Below, piece by piece: positions 11,909-25,318 of a stretch of 64,000 bases of DNA (its first letter is position 1; every line of letters begins with the position of its first letter). Source of the DNA: Eledone cirrhosa (taxonomy: Eukaryota); the NCBI GenBank assembly GCA_964016885.1, contig OZ024744.1, forward strand, positions 77,624,001 through 77,688,000, given 5' to 3'. The translations under genes and the position numbers were made by a program. Under the pieces are notes generated by a model. The model was not told the DNA's origin, ran no database searches, and worked only from the letters and a program-made list of their open reading frames with translations.

Positions 11909-12497
11909 CTCTACACCACTTCATTTACCCTTTATCCACCCTTACGTCTTTCCTTTGAAGTTTTCAAGTATTCCACGCGTATTTTTTTTTGTATCTTTTT
12001 ATTTTGTTATATATTTTTACATATATCTCCCACACATCTTTCGCGTTTATTCAGGATTTATAGGGGTAGAGACCCCACCTCGCTTCTGTCATGAATGACT
12101 ATGGGATTTGCATCAAGGAAGTTCCCCTCCGAGGCACAAGTCTGAGCGAGGTTGTTTGTGGAAGATCAGCTGTCGCCCATATATATACAGTATACCCCCG
12201 TAATTCACGGCCCCAACATTTGTTATCTCGGTTATTCGCGGAATTTTCTTTAGAACCTAACTAATAATTGTTCGTGGAAACCACCACATATTCGCGGAAT
12301 CGTAAATAACTTCCGCGATTTTTTCTGGTCTTTTTTCGTGGCAATATATATTTTTTTAATGCTAAATTATTAATAACAACTAGCAGAAAAACCGCCCACG
12401 CGCGGTTTTCTGCTAGCATATGTAGTGTGCATATTGGTATTATACGCAAATATATATGCATATAGATATATGTGAATTGAAAAGTAAATTGACAAAA

Positions 12498-13145
12498 TCT
12501 TCTTCTTCACCCACTTATTTCTGAGAGGGTCGTGAGGGTAGAGTCCTTCTCAAACACTCCTTTCAGCGAGTCTGTCAGAAGCAAACATCTCTAACTGATC
12601 CAGCTGGATCCCAAAGCGTGACCAGCCAAGCTCATGGATGTTATCCAACTATCTTGCTCAGGGTCTACCTCAGAGTCTCTTGCCAGTTGGTTTTGCCTGT
12701 AAAATGTGTCCAGCGATTCTTTACTGAGACATTCTAACCACATGCTCATAATATCGGAGTTGTGATCTCTCAATTCGGAGAAGTAGCGGTTCTACCAGGA
12801 GTAACACTCTGGTCTCTGAGTTATGCACTTTATCGAGTAACGTTACTCCAAAGACTCTTCGGAGGACTCCCATTTCTGCCACTTTTATTTGCAATTGTAT
12901 TATTTTGGTCATTACTCAAGATTCATGATCCTCGGTAAGAGTTGGCAGGATTAACAGGAAGACAGCGAGTTTGGCTTTTACACCTACCCCCTTCTTCTGA
13001 TTGCTGAATGCTGAGGCTGGCGCTTTACTGCATCAGCTTTTGCAATTCTTGCACTTAATTCAGCCTCCTGCATTCCATCACTCATGAACACGGCTCCAAG
13101 ATACTTGAACTTCTCTAACTACTTCAGTAGAACTCCATTCACATG
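12498..13145 (-). mobile_element. RTE LINE 3' fragment with (GAA)n tail
   Basis: LEKFKYLG...AEMGVLRRVFGVTLLDKVHNSE...SQLRYYEHVVRM. Confidence 0.85.
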
Positions 13146-13349
13146 TATATAAATTTGAGTTACTTCTGTCCACCCGTCCATCACACAATGTGTATGTATG
13201 TTTGTGTGAATGTATGTGTGTGTAATAGGAAGGAAAGGGATACACATATATATGTCTAACTTAAAAACAGTGACACACACACGTGTCTCTAATTTAAGAA
13301 CGCCGATAAACTCACGCGCGCGCACATACACACACTGTCCTATTACTAC

Positions 13350-14058
13350 TTAAAAGCTTTGGCCCGGGCAAACATCCCCTCAATTTTGAAACCGTCTGGG
13401 TAGTCCTGAATTGATGGGAAGAGACTTAACGGTCTTACTCTGTGCTCAAGAGGCAGGTGCCTTACCTGGGACGTCACAGTTAGTGACTCTTTTGCTTCCT
13501 CCCACATCCTGGATGCAGCGGTAAGGGCGAGAGCTACAGCATCCGCAGCTGAACGGAACAAAATCCTAAAATACCGTGTTCTGTCAGTTAACTACATTAT
13601 CCAGCCTGTGGCGTTCGAGACGTTTGGGGGAGTCGGGCTACTGACAGCGAGGTTCTTATCTTCACTGGCGGCTCCTCAAACAGAGGTAACTGGTGATGCT
13701 CGTGAGGGCACTTGGTTGTTCCAGCACCTCAGCCTCGCCATCACCCAGGTAACGCTGCGAGCGTGCTGGCTTGCCTAAAACATTATTAGAGAGGTTTCCC
13801 AGTGCTCCTCGCTATATTGTTATCTTTTGCTCTGTTAGCGGCTCGTTTTTACCACTCTTTCGCCTGCATTTTGTCCTATGTGGCCTAAGATGTGTGTATT
13901 ACGTGCTTGTGTGTTTTTTCGCTTTCTTTTTTCCTTTCCCTTTCCTTTGTATATATTATATTTGTGTTTTCGTTCTGTAACCATTACATTAAATTTTTAT
14001 ACAAATGTTTTTTTTTTGTTTAAAGAGTTAAACTGTGTTGTTAATAAATAAATAAAAA
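13350..14058 (+). mobile_element. CRE-like REL-endonuclease LINE 3' end
   Basis: GLTL...GRCLTWDVTV, AAERNKILKY, PVAFETFG, WLFQHLSLAI...NAAS motifs, then T-rich UTR and AATAAA-rich tail. Confidence 0.72.
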
Positions 14059-15049
14059 GTTGTACTTCATTTTACACTCCCATTCCCAAGTCATCGAACG
14101 CTATCATGACTGTATGCGTGTGTGTTGTGTAAATGTATATGTGTGAATATGTGTTTGTGTAAATGTATGTGCTTGTGTGAAAGTATGTGTATTTGTGTGG
14201 ATGTATGTCCGTGAGCGTGTATTTTTGTAAGTTTGTGCGTGATTATAGTTATATACTCATACATATAGATGTATGTATGTGCACATACACACACATACGC
14301 GTCAGCGTGTAGAAAATCATAATCACTCTATCTGTATCTCTCGCATCACACACTCTCCCTTTCTATATATATTGTAGTTGAAGTGGTGGTGGTGGCAGTA
14401 ATATACCGGAAGTGTAGAAATTTGAAACTTTGAAAAGCAGTTAATTTTAAATAAGCAATAAAATTATTTATCAAGAGTTACGAAATTTAGTAGATAAATT
14501 ATGTAATATTCATTCATTATTTATTCAATTAATCCAACTTATTTTACTAACTGGTTTAAAAGAAATAAACCGTAAGCAGTCCCGCACTCCTCGCTTTATT
14601 ATAGTATAGATATACCGTATTTGCCGGTCTATTGGATGCCCCTTCGCATAAGACGCTCCCTTTTTTTTAAATTATATTTTACGTTATATTTTGACGATTA
14701 TAGGCATTTTTATACACCACATCCAATATTCGCGGTTTTTTCAATCTTCGCGAGTGCTCTAGGAACGTAAGCCCCGCGAATATCAGGGGACTACTGTATA
14801 TGGAAAACTTAGCTTTTAAATCATTTTTAATTTCCTACACGTGTTTCAAGAGAGCTCTACATCAAATTATTCAAATAATGTTAGGTGAAAATTGTTATAA
14901 TCAAGATGTATACATACACAATGATATATAGGTATTTGCACTTTTCCATCTTCAAAGGATTTTTTAAAAAACATATTAAATTGAATGGATTTATTTGTAT
15001 TTGTATATATCTATATGTGTGGGGCTATATACTTTTAGATGTATTTCAG

Positions 15050-15500
15050 TAATCAGAAGTAGGTGGGGTGTAAAAGCCAAACTCGCTGTCTTCAATTCGG
15101 TTTTTGTGCCGGCCCTTACCTATGGTCATGGATCTTGGGTAATGACCGAAAAAATACGGTCAAAAATGCAAGAAGCCAAAATGGGATTTCTCCAAAGGAT
15201 TTTGGTGTAACGTTACTCGATAAAGTGCGTAACTCGGAGATCCGAGAGTCACTCCAGGTAGAGCCGCTACTTCTCCGAATTGAGATATCACAGCTCCAAT
15301 ACTGTGGGCACGTGGTTAGAATGTCTCGGGAAATATTAGCTGGACAGATTTTATGGGCTAAACCAACAGGTATGAGACCCAGGAGTAGATCCCAAGCAAG
15401 ATGGTTGGATAACATCCATGATCTTGGTTGGTCACGCTTGGGGATCCAGCCGGATCAGTTGGAGATGGTTGCTTCTGACAGGACCCAATGGGCGAAGAAA
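15050..15500 (+). mobile_element. RTE LINE 3' fragment
   Basis: GVTLLDKVRNSEIRESLQVEPLLLRIEISQLQYCGHVVRM...RPRSRSQARWLD. Confidence 0.88.
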
Positions 15501-15649
15501 ATCTAATCTAATCTGGCCGAGTTTACACTCGCAAATAAGAAGAACCAGGGCCGCCCCTAGGAGTATTGGATTTGGTGTACTTCATATTTGTTTCGATTGC
15601 TGAATACAATCAAGGGTCACTGCTTCTCCTGAAGGTCAATAGTTCTCTT

Positions 15650-15928
15650 CTAACTCGAGTGGGAACGCCTTTCCATTGTCAATTTGTCATCTGCACAGCC
15701 GCATTGTTCTCAGAACCACTACACCAGTCTTTTGATGCGTGTAGCTCGAACTACTGCCATCCATTGATTTGTCAGGAGTGCAACTCATTTCTACAGCTGA
15801 GTAAACTGTAGCAACGTGAAATAAAGTGTCTTACTAAAGGACACAAGACATTACCCGGTCCGAGAATTTAACTCACAACCTTTCGATTGCAAGTCCAATG
15901 CTCTAACCACTAAGTCATGCGCCTTCAC
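15650..15928 (-). mobile_element. tRNA-derived SINE family B
   Basis: Minus-strand head GGCGCATGACTTAGTGGTTAGAGC...GTTGTGAGTT and body GACACTTTATTTCACGTTGC...TTTACTCAGCTGTAGAAATGAG. Confidence 0.8.
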
Positions 15929-16330
15929 TAAAGGGAAGTGCGAAGAAAAGAAGTGTGTAAATATCCGGTGAGAAAGAGGCAATATTTTTCCAATGTATTT
16001 ATCCATGTTTCTTTTATGTAATTCTCTCATATTTTCATCCCACTATCATTGTATCTTTATCATATGATTTATATATACTAATTTTTATAAAATTATTCCA
16101 ATCATTTCATTGTGTAATTTCACATTGTATCACTTAGATCCTGTAGGAATTTTTATTTTCACCTTCTCTTATTTATTCTCAAATCTGATCCCTACCCTTC
16201 TTCAATAGTCGATAGATGTAACAATCTATTTATCTACCGTTTCTTCATAATGAGTTCCACTATTTCGTATTTTAGTTTATACTGTATTTTAGATTATACA
16301 TATGTTCCATTATTATATTTCATTATCTAA

Positions 16331-16482
16331 GGGCGGTGGTTTGGCAGAATCGGTGGTGCGTCGGACACCATGCTTCGCGACGTAGAGTGGCGGCACAATT
16401 ACGTTCTGAGTTCAAATCCCGCCGAGGTTAACTTTGCCTTTCATCCTTACGAGGTCGATAAAATAAAGTACCAGTAATGTAT
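16331..16482 (+). mobile_element. SINE family A, 3' truncated
   Basis: Head and core match. Confidence 0.88.
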
Positions 16483-16611
16483 TGTTCGTGAAACATATAC
16501 AGGTCTGAACACAAAGGAACCAAACTCCCACTGTCACTGCCTCCGTCTCTCCTGCTCTCCCCATCTCTCACTATTATGAGCAACTGGGGGACCATTATTG
16601 TATTGTACAAG

Positions 16612-16803
16612 GGGGCGGTGGATTAGCAGTATCGGTAGAGAGTCGGGCGCCATACTTTCTAGCATAGTTACGTCCCTTTATGGTCTGAGTTCAAATCACA
16701 CCGAGGTTAACTTTGCCTTTCATCCTTACGTGGTCGATAAAATAAAGTACCAGTAATGTACTGGGTAATTGCTGGCCTTGTGCCTAAAGTAGAAACAATT
16801 ATT
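16612..16803 (+). mobile_element. SINE family A
   Basis: Full consensus match. Confidence 0.92.
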
Positions 16804-16935
16804 GTATTGTACATAGTTTATTATGTTTCGTGCAATTAAAATAAACGAGCAAAGTATACAATAGTTTTTTGAAAATTTAAGAATTTTCCGACAAATCTAA
16901 ATTTTCCTATAACAATTTTTGGCGGGATGTTGTTG

Positions 16936-18133
16936 CACCCCCAGCAATATGCCACTGATCACCCCCAGCAATATGCCACTGATCACCCCCAGCAATATGC
17001 CACTGATCACCCCCAGCAATATGCCACTGACCACCCCCAGCAATATGCCACTGACCACCCCCAGCAATATGCCACTGATCACCCCCAACAATATGCCACT
17101 GATCACCCCCAGCAATATCCCACTGATCACCCCCAGCAATATGCCACTGATCACCCCCAGCAATATGCCACTAGTCACCCCCAGCAATATGCCACTGATC
17201 ACCCCCAGCAATATGCCACTGATCACCCCCAGCAATATCCCACTGATCACCCCCAGCAATATGCCACTAATCACCCTCAGCAATATGCCACTAATCACCC
17301 CCAGCAATATGCCACTGATCACCCCCAGCAATATGCCACTGATCACCCCCAGCAATATCCCACTGATCACCCCCAGCAATATGCCACTGAGCACCCCCAG
17401 CAATATCCCACTGATCACCCCCAGCAATATGCCACTGACCACCCCCAGCAATATGCCACTGACCACCCCCAGCAATATGCCACTGATCACTCCCAGCAAT
17501 ATGTCACTGATCACCCCCAGCAATATGCCACTGACCACCCCCAGCAATATGCCACTGATCACCCCCAGCAATATGCCACTGATCACCCCCAGCAATATGC
17601 CACTGATCACCCCCAGCAATATGCCACTGATCACCCCCAGCAATATGTCACTGATCACCCCCAGCAATATGCCACTAATCACCCCCAGCAATATGTCACT
17701 GATCAACCCCAGCAATATGCCACTGATCACCCCCAGCAATATGCCACTGATCACCCCCAGCAATATGTCACTGATCACCCCCAGCAATATGCCACTAATC
17801 ACCCCCAGCAATATGCCACTGACCACCCCCAGCAAAATGCCACTGATCACCCCCAGCAATATGCCACTGATCACCCCCAGCAATATGTCACTGATCACCC
17901 CCAGCAATATGCCACTGACCACCCCCAGCAATATGCCACTAATCACCCCCAGCAATATGTCACTGATCACCCCCAGCAATATGCCACTGACCACCCCCAG
18001 CAATATGCCACTGACTACCCCCAGCAATATGTCACTGACCACCCCCAGCAATATGCCACTGACCACCCCCAGCAATATGCCACTGACCATCCCCAGCAAT
18101 ATGCCACTGATCACCCCCAGCAATATGCCACTG
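16936..18133. repeat. 24-bp minisatellite, about 50 copies
   Basis: Unit CACCCCCAGCAATATGCCACTGAT with point variants only. Confidence 0.98.
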
Positions 18134-18231
18134 TTTCCTTGTGGTTGATTGGATGATATACATGTCTTCTGATGAGAGTCCAATTAGATCCAAAAGTCGA
18201 TTAAGGGTGTTTATCATTATTTCAATTTCAT

Positions 18232-18428
18232 AGGGCAGTGGTGGATTGGCAGTATCGGTAGAGAGTCGGACGCCATGCTTTGCAGCATAGAGTTACGCCC
18301 CTTTATGGTCTGAGTTCAAATCCCGCCGAAGTAAACTTTGCCTTTCATCCTTACGGGGTCGATAAAATAAAGTACCAGTAATGTACTGGGATAATAGTTG
18401 GCTTTGTGCCAAAAGTAGAAACAATTAT
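18232..18428 (+). mobile_element. SINE family A
   Basis: Full consensus match. Confidence 0.92.
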
Positions 18429-18958
18429 TTCAATTTATAGGGAAATTCGTATCTTCTGGAGTGTTTACATGCCTACATGTGATATATCCACATATTAAAA
18501 ATGTGTATATTTATATACACATTGATGCAGTCTCGGTTACTCACTTTGTATATCTACAGATATAACTTTATTATGCGCATAGTCTGAATGAGAGAACAAA
18601 CATGGTTCTAAAATAGTGAAAAGCTGATGAGGTCCAACAAGGTTGAAATGTCAATTTTCAATTTGCTTATGCGCTTTTACAAGAGTTCTTGATTTTTTAG
18701 AGCAAGACTAGGAATATATTCGTGTTTAGAATTCACTAGTTGTGTATGAGTCCGCAAAGTTGAAAATGTAAGCTCGCTTGAGTCTATATCTATGTATATG
18801 TATGTGTACGTGTGTGTGTGTGTGTGTATGTGTGTGTGTATGGTTATTAATATATATATATATATGTATGTATGTGTCTCTGTGTATGTCTCTATGTATA
18901 TATGTGTTTGTGTGAATGTGTATGTATGTCTCTATGTATGTATATATATATATATATA

Positions 18959-19147
18959 TAATTGTTTCTACTTTTCGCACAAGGCCAGCAATTACCCAGT
19001 ACATTACTGGTACTTTATTTTATCGACCCCGTAAGAATGAAAGGCAAAGTTAACCTCGACGGGATTTGAACTCAGAATGGAAAGGGCCGTAACTCTTTGC
19101 GTCAAAGCATGGCGTCCGACCCTCTACCGATACTGCCAATCCGCCGC
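18959..19147 (-). mobile_element. SINE family A
   Basis: Full consensus match. Confidence 0.92.
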
Positions 19148-19150
19148 TAA

Positions 19151-19203
<53 letters not shown>

Positions 19204-19226
19204 GTGTGTGTGTATATCTATGATTA

Positions 19227-19262
<36 letters not shown>

Positions 19263-19293
19263 TATCCGAGATTCTGATTCTCGATTATTTACT

Positions 19294-19330
<37 letters not shown>

Positions 19331-19667
19331 AAAATAATAAAATTGAAGACTAAAATCCAAAGAGGGCTCGATAAGGATAAATATATATCAAATATATAAG
19401 AACCGTAGAGCAAATATTTATTAAAATAACAGATTAAAGTTTAAGCAAAGAATCGCTGCTTTCACCCTTAACGGGATCTTCTGAAACTAACAAAGTCAAT
19501 CTATTAGATTGACTTTTTAATAAATATATATACATATATACAAATAAATTATCGAGAATCGGAACCTCGGCCCACGAAATAACGAAACACAATCTTCGAA
19601 ATGTGTGGCAAAGTGCTCAATAGTTTGGATAAACCAGAGCTATAACTAACGTTTAATACCAACACAC

Positions 19668-19706
<39 letters not shown>

Positions 19707-19710
19707 ATGC

Positions 19711-19838
<128 letters not shown>

Positions 19839-20056
19839 GTGCCCTTACCTCAAATAATTCGTAATATCACCAATAATTAATTGTTTCCACTGTCATATGT
19901 AACAGCTGTGATTCGATGGAGAGAGTCATCATCGTTCTGTGTATGTATGTGTGTGTGTTTCATTGTCTGTGCATATATATATATATATGTGTGTGTGTAT
20001 AGGTGTGTGTATAGGTGTGTATATTTACATGCGCACGCGCGTGTGTGTGTGTATAG

Positions 20057-20149
<93 letters not shown>

Positions 20150-20242
20150 TGTGTGTCTATAGGTGTGTATATTTACATGCGTGTGTGTGTATATATATAT
20201 AAATATATACATATATTATACTATATTATATTATATTATATA

Positions 20243-20358
20243 TGAGTTCAAATCCCGCCGAGGTTAACTTTGCCTTTCATCCTTACGGGGTCGATAAAAT
20301 ATAGTACCAGTAATGTACTGGATAATTGCTGGCCTTGTGCCAAAAGTAGAAACAATTA
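20243..20358 (+). mobile_element. SINE family A, 5' truncated
   Basis: Box B through tail. Confidence 0.88.
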
Positions 20359-20492
20359 TATTATATATGTGTGTGCGTGCGTGTGTATGTATGTGTACAC
20401 GTGTGTTTGTTTATTTTGGCTGTGTAGCGACTGTGTCTGTGTGTTTGTGTACTCCCACACCAGTACACCCCACCGCAACCTTACCACACGAA

Positions 20493-20682
20493 CGGTGGTG
20501 GATTGGCAGTATCGGTGGAGGGTCGGACGCTATGCTTTCCAGCATAGTTACGTCCCTTTACGATCTGAGTTCAAATCCTGCCGAGGTTGACTTTGCCTTT
20601 CATCCTTACGGGGTCGATGAAATAAAGTACCAGTAATGCACTGGGTAATTGCTGGCCTTGTGCCTAAAGTAGAAACAATTAT
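20493..20682 (+). mobile_element. SINE family A
   Basis: Full consensus match. Confidence 0.92.
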
Positions 20683-21036
20683 TTGTTATAAACAAGAGAA
20701 CAAAGATCAGCTGCTTCCACCAATAAATATGGAAGGTTATGGCAATACTATTGTAATTAGTAGATTTCTTTTAATTGGGTTGGTTACATACACACACATA
20801 TATACACACATACACAACACATACATAGACATACACACATACACACACAAAATTCATATATAATACATGCATAATGAATTCATATGTATAATGCATGCAA
20901 TTGCATTATATATATAATATATAATTATATATAATATATAATGTGCGTGTGTGCGCTGTGTGTGTATGTGTGAATTTATGTGTGCGAGTGTGTATAATTT
21001 CTACTCGATGTATTTATCTATTTCTCTCTCTTTCTT

Positions 21037-21067
<31 letters not shown>

Positions 21068-21514
21068 TATCTTTCTTTCTATCTATCTATCTATCTAACT
21101 ATCTAACTATCTATCTATCTATTTATCTGAGGGTTGTACATTCTTTTCGGGGTGTATGCAACCCATTTGTAACGCCTCCCCCCTATTGGGGATTTCGTTT
21201 GTTTTATTCATCATTTTTGTTATACATTTTTACACGCCTTGTATGTAAACACCCCAATTGTATTTGTCCCCATCTTTTGCGCCCTTGTGGCAAATAAAGA
21301 AATTTATCTATCTACATATCTATCTATCTATCTTTCTGATTCTTTTTTTCAAATACCACTTTGGAAGAAGAATCAGGATGGAGAGCGAGGTGCTGTAGCA
21401 CACGCAGCAAGCTTTATGAAAGGTGGGTGAAATTGGCGAGAACGGCCCGAGTGAATGGGCCTTCTCTCTATATCAGCCTGTAGGTTAATGAAAAAGAGGA
21501 AGAGAGGAAAGGGC

Positions 21515-21675
21515 CTGTAGTATAGGAGAGAGATTAAAAGAGGACTGGCGAGAACTTAAGGAGGAGAAAAGCTCATCAATACTATACCAACATGCCAAAC
21601 TATAACGAGGGATCAATAGATAAGAGAAATAAAGATCCTATCCACTCATAGAACAGACGCAACACTTAGACAAAT
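21515..21675 (+). mobile_element. Penelope-like GIY-YIG fragment
   Basis: Nucleotide similarity to 26785-26940. Confidence 0.6.
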
Positions 21676-21849
21676 TACTGTTAGGATTAAGGTTAGGGAC
21701 AAGACATAGAACACAGACAAAGAATAACTATGTGACTGTATGTTAAAATAATCATACTCGTAGTTAGATCTTTTGGAGAGAGAGAGAGCCAAACAGCTAT
21801 GCAGTGTCATGGAGGAGGGCCATGTTATTAAATATGTAAATAAATTTTC

Positions 21850-24648
21850 TGGAGGTTTAAAGCAAAATAAGGAATTTAATATAATTTTATTTTAACAAGT
21901 CCCCTTATTTTACTGCAGAAATAACAATGAAAAAAAAAAAAAAACTACAAAGACATTTAACAAAAAAAAAAAGCAAATTCCTTGCTACAAACGAAATACA
22001 GTTAGAAATGGTAAATGATTTAATGAGACACTTGTTTCTGCTTATTGTGCGATAACTTCTACACATCAGGTGACATATTTGTCGATGACAGAAGCAAAAC
22101 ATCATCCAGGTGGTCGTCACGCAACCTTGTTCTTAAATGACTTTTAGTATATTTCATTTTGGAAAAAAGTTGTTCACAAGCATATGTACTTCCAAATAAT
22201 GATATCATCAGTTTCGCATTAGTCAAGATGTTTTTACATTTTCTGCTTGGCAATATATATTTCTTGTAGAAGTCAGCAGTGGATTCGAACTGAAATTTCG
22301 ATTTCAAAGATTCGTCGCACTGTAAGTCAATTAACTCCAACTGATATTCTTCTGCCACTTGCTCCACATCTGTTTCGTAAGGAGTACCAAATAACTTAAA
22401 TAGAGTTCCATATTGCCGGAAGTCAACAAAACAAGAGGAAAACTCGCTTCTCAAATCCTTAATAGAGCTCACAAAGATGTCTGGTATTATATCTGTTGTG
22501 ATTTTGGAGACTTGGAAAATGAGAGTAGTTTCCTTTTTGAAGTTGTGATTCCCACAGTCGAAGTTTTCTCTCAAAAGCCGTAATTTGATCAAACATCTCA
22601 AATACAACCTTGTTCTTTCCTTGAAGCTCAAGATTCAAAGTGTTCATGTGGGTCGTGATGTCCACTAAAAAAGCTAACTTGACAACCCACTGTGGATCCT
22701 GAAAGTAAGAATTATCTTTGTCTTTGCTCTCTAAAAACATAGAAATCTCTTCTCTCAATGTATATACTCGTTCTATCATTTTTCCGCGGCTAAGCCATCG
22801 AACATTTGAAAAATATGTAAGGTCGCCATACTCGAAATTTAGAAATTCTTGAAACAGGCGGTGATTTAGTCCTCCTCTTGACAGTATAAAATTCACTGTT
22901 TTCACGACCACTGCCATGATGTCCTTAAAATTCAGTGACTTTGCACATAATGCTTCTTGATGAATAATGCAATGAAGTTTGATTAGTTTTTTATCAATAC
23001 CGATGTGGTTTTGGAGCAATGCAACAAACCCCTTTTTCTCTCCGACCATTGCTGGTGCTCTATCTGTGATTACTCCAGAAAGCTTTTATAAATCCAGATT
23101 CATTTCGGTAATCCATTTTATTATGCTTTCCAAAATATCTGCTCCAGTGCTAGTGTCCTTCATAGGAATCAATTGTACAAATTCTTCCACAATATCAAAT
23201 GTTGGTGTTACACCCCTCACAAACACTGCAAGTTGACAAGTATCCTTCATATCTGTGGTTTCATCGATAACAATGGAATTATACTCCAGATTATTTAAAA
23301 TGCCCTTCAAGCCACTTCTGACATTTGCTGCCAGCTCTTCAATTCGCCTTGTTACTGTTCTTGCTGATAAGCTGATCGCAGAAAATAATTCCCTTTTATC
23401 TGGACAAACAACATCTGCTACCTTCAACAATAATTCTTTGAAGAAATCTCCACCAGTAAAAGGTTTCATCCTTTCTGCAATTAGTTTTGACACCTTGTAG
23501 CTAGCACGAGTGTTTCGGTCACTTTCTTCAACTTTTCTAGTGAAATAGGATGATTGCTTTGTTACATTATTTCTCAGCCATGCAACTTCGTTTACTCGTG
23601 CTTTTCCAGTAAAACTGTTGTAATGATTATGACGAGTTTCATAGTGCCGTTTCAAGGCAATGGTTTCTTGACAAATTAAGCAAACACATTTTCCGAAGTG
23701 CTCAATGAAATAATAGCTAAGTGTCCAGCCATCGTTAAAAGTTCGGTACTCCAAATCCACTTTTCTTTTCTTAGCTTCCATGGGCTTGTTTTTGTTCAAA
23801 CAAAAAAGATTTATGGAAAGGAAAAAGAACAAAAAGTATAATAATCAGAATGAAGAAATAAGAAACAATGAAAGCAAATTTAAATGCAAATACAGTAATG
23901 CGATAAAATATGATAATTGTGAATAAATTATATAAAACCAGATTTCTAACGACGTTGTCATTTGGGTTGCCATTTGTTTTTTTAAACCACTTTTGGCCTA
24001 ATTCTAATAATAATAATTCACACAATTTATCATAAATAATAACCGTTATTATCGAATAAAGATACCTACTGTATAGTTGTTATACCACTAGACAACAAAC
24101 TCAAATGAAAATACTCTGGAGAGGTGGCAACGAAGTAATTTTTCCAAGGACAACTTTACCTTGTACCAAGGGGCGCAGGTAAGGTCAGGCAAACGAAGAC
24201 GACAATAATTCACGAGTGATTTTATTGAATGACAAAATGGGTATAAAAGCGAGTCATGTGAACCGTAAGGTAGTATATCTCCCAGTCGCTGACGAAAATT
24301 CATACTTCCAGCCAACATTTGTGTTTGCTGACTGGAACAAAAACACATAATGAAATCACAGGAAATAATAATACAGGTGATATAATTCTTGGCGGAAAGT
24401 CCAGAAAAAGATGGATGAGAGGAAATAATAATAAATGGAAAATATAATAAGGTTTAAAGGTATCTGTAAATATATACGGTATGAGCAGCGATTTGTGATG
24501 GGCATCAGGTCAGCACAACCTTGAAGTGAACTACTGTATCTGTATTCGATACTAATTAGATAATTAGTGTCCAGTGTAAGATGGCGGGACGGACAAAAAT
24601 CACTCGAGGGCCGGATGTGGCCCGCGGGCCGGGGGTTGCCGACCCCTG
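21850..24648 (-). mobile_element. hAT DNA transposon; 5' TIR intact, other end not identified
   Basis: Minus-strand terminus CAGGGGTCGGCAACCCCCGGCCCGCGGGCCACATCCGGCCC at 24648, flanked by ATCTAAAG; left boundary approximate. Confidence 0.75.
22020..23781 (-). pseudogene. Disrupted hAT (Buster/SPIN, GTF2IRD2-like) transposase
   Basis: BED-like CVCLICQE..LKRHYETRH, DETTD, HCIIHQEALC, VRWLSRG, FGSTYACEQLFSKMK across three broken ORFs. Confidence 0.92.
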
Positions 24649-24654
24649 ATCTAA

Positions 24655-25116
24655 AGACTGTCTTAAGCCAGAAGGCTCTTTTGACCGGTGCTTATCCCGG
24701 TTTCATGGTGTGAAGCGACTGAGAGTACAAGATTCCTCCCCCTGGACAGCACGCCAGTCCATCAGAGGGTTAAACCTCCAGCTATTTCTGGGACATATTT
24801 AACACACAACACGTCTCTAAGTCTAAAGTCTGTCTCGATCTTGAAGGCTCATTAGGCCGGTGCTTATCCCGGTTTCATGGCATGAAGCGACTGAGAGTAC
24901 AAGACCCCCCCCCCCCCCTCCTGAACAGGACGCCAATCCATTGCAGAGTTAAACCCCCAGCTATTGCAGCTGGCACACATTTTCAGCTGTGTATACTTGA
25001 GCAACGGGAAATGAAGTGTTTTGCTCAAGAATACAACACACAACCCAGCCCAGGAATCGAACACACGACATTATGATCGTAAGCCCAACACCCTCACCAC
25101 TAGACCACGCTCCTCC
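24655..25116 (-). mobile_element. SINE family B variant with duplicated 3' module
   Basis: tRNA-like head near 25060-25116; module CCGGTGCTTATCCCGGTTTCATGG...CTGAGAGTACAAGA present twice (about 24686 and 24857). Confidence 0.75.
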
Positions 25117-25229
25117 ATATGGTTAGGCTATATAGGGCGAAAATTATTGAGGTCGAAAAAGCACATACCTAGAAAGAAAGTGTCAGAAACAAATCTCGAA
25201 ACAAATGTACAAGTCATAAATGTAGCCTA

Positions 25230-25287
25230 TAGTGGGGTTGGATTTAAACCTTATAGGGCACGGGGCACTTCAGGTTTAGGGGGCCCC

Positions 25288-25318
<31 letters not shown>

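Larger units (their letters stand above)
12380..14610 (-). mobile_element. Non-autonomous Helitron
   Basis: On the minus strand: A|TCTATACTATAATAAAG... start, terminal hairpin and CTAG|T end; AT insertion site, no TSD. Confidence 0.7.
12188..14796. mobile_element. Tigger-like MITE split by nested insertions
   Basis: Left end TA|CAGTATACCCCCGTAATTCACGG, right end CCGCGAATATCAGGGGACTACTG|TA; TATTCGCGG motifs in both halves. Confidence 0.65.
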
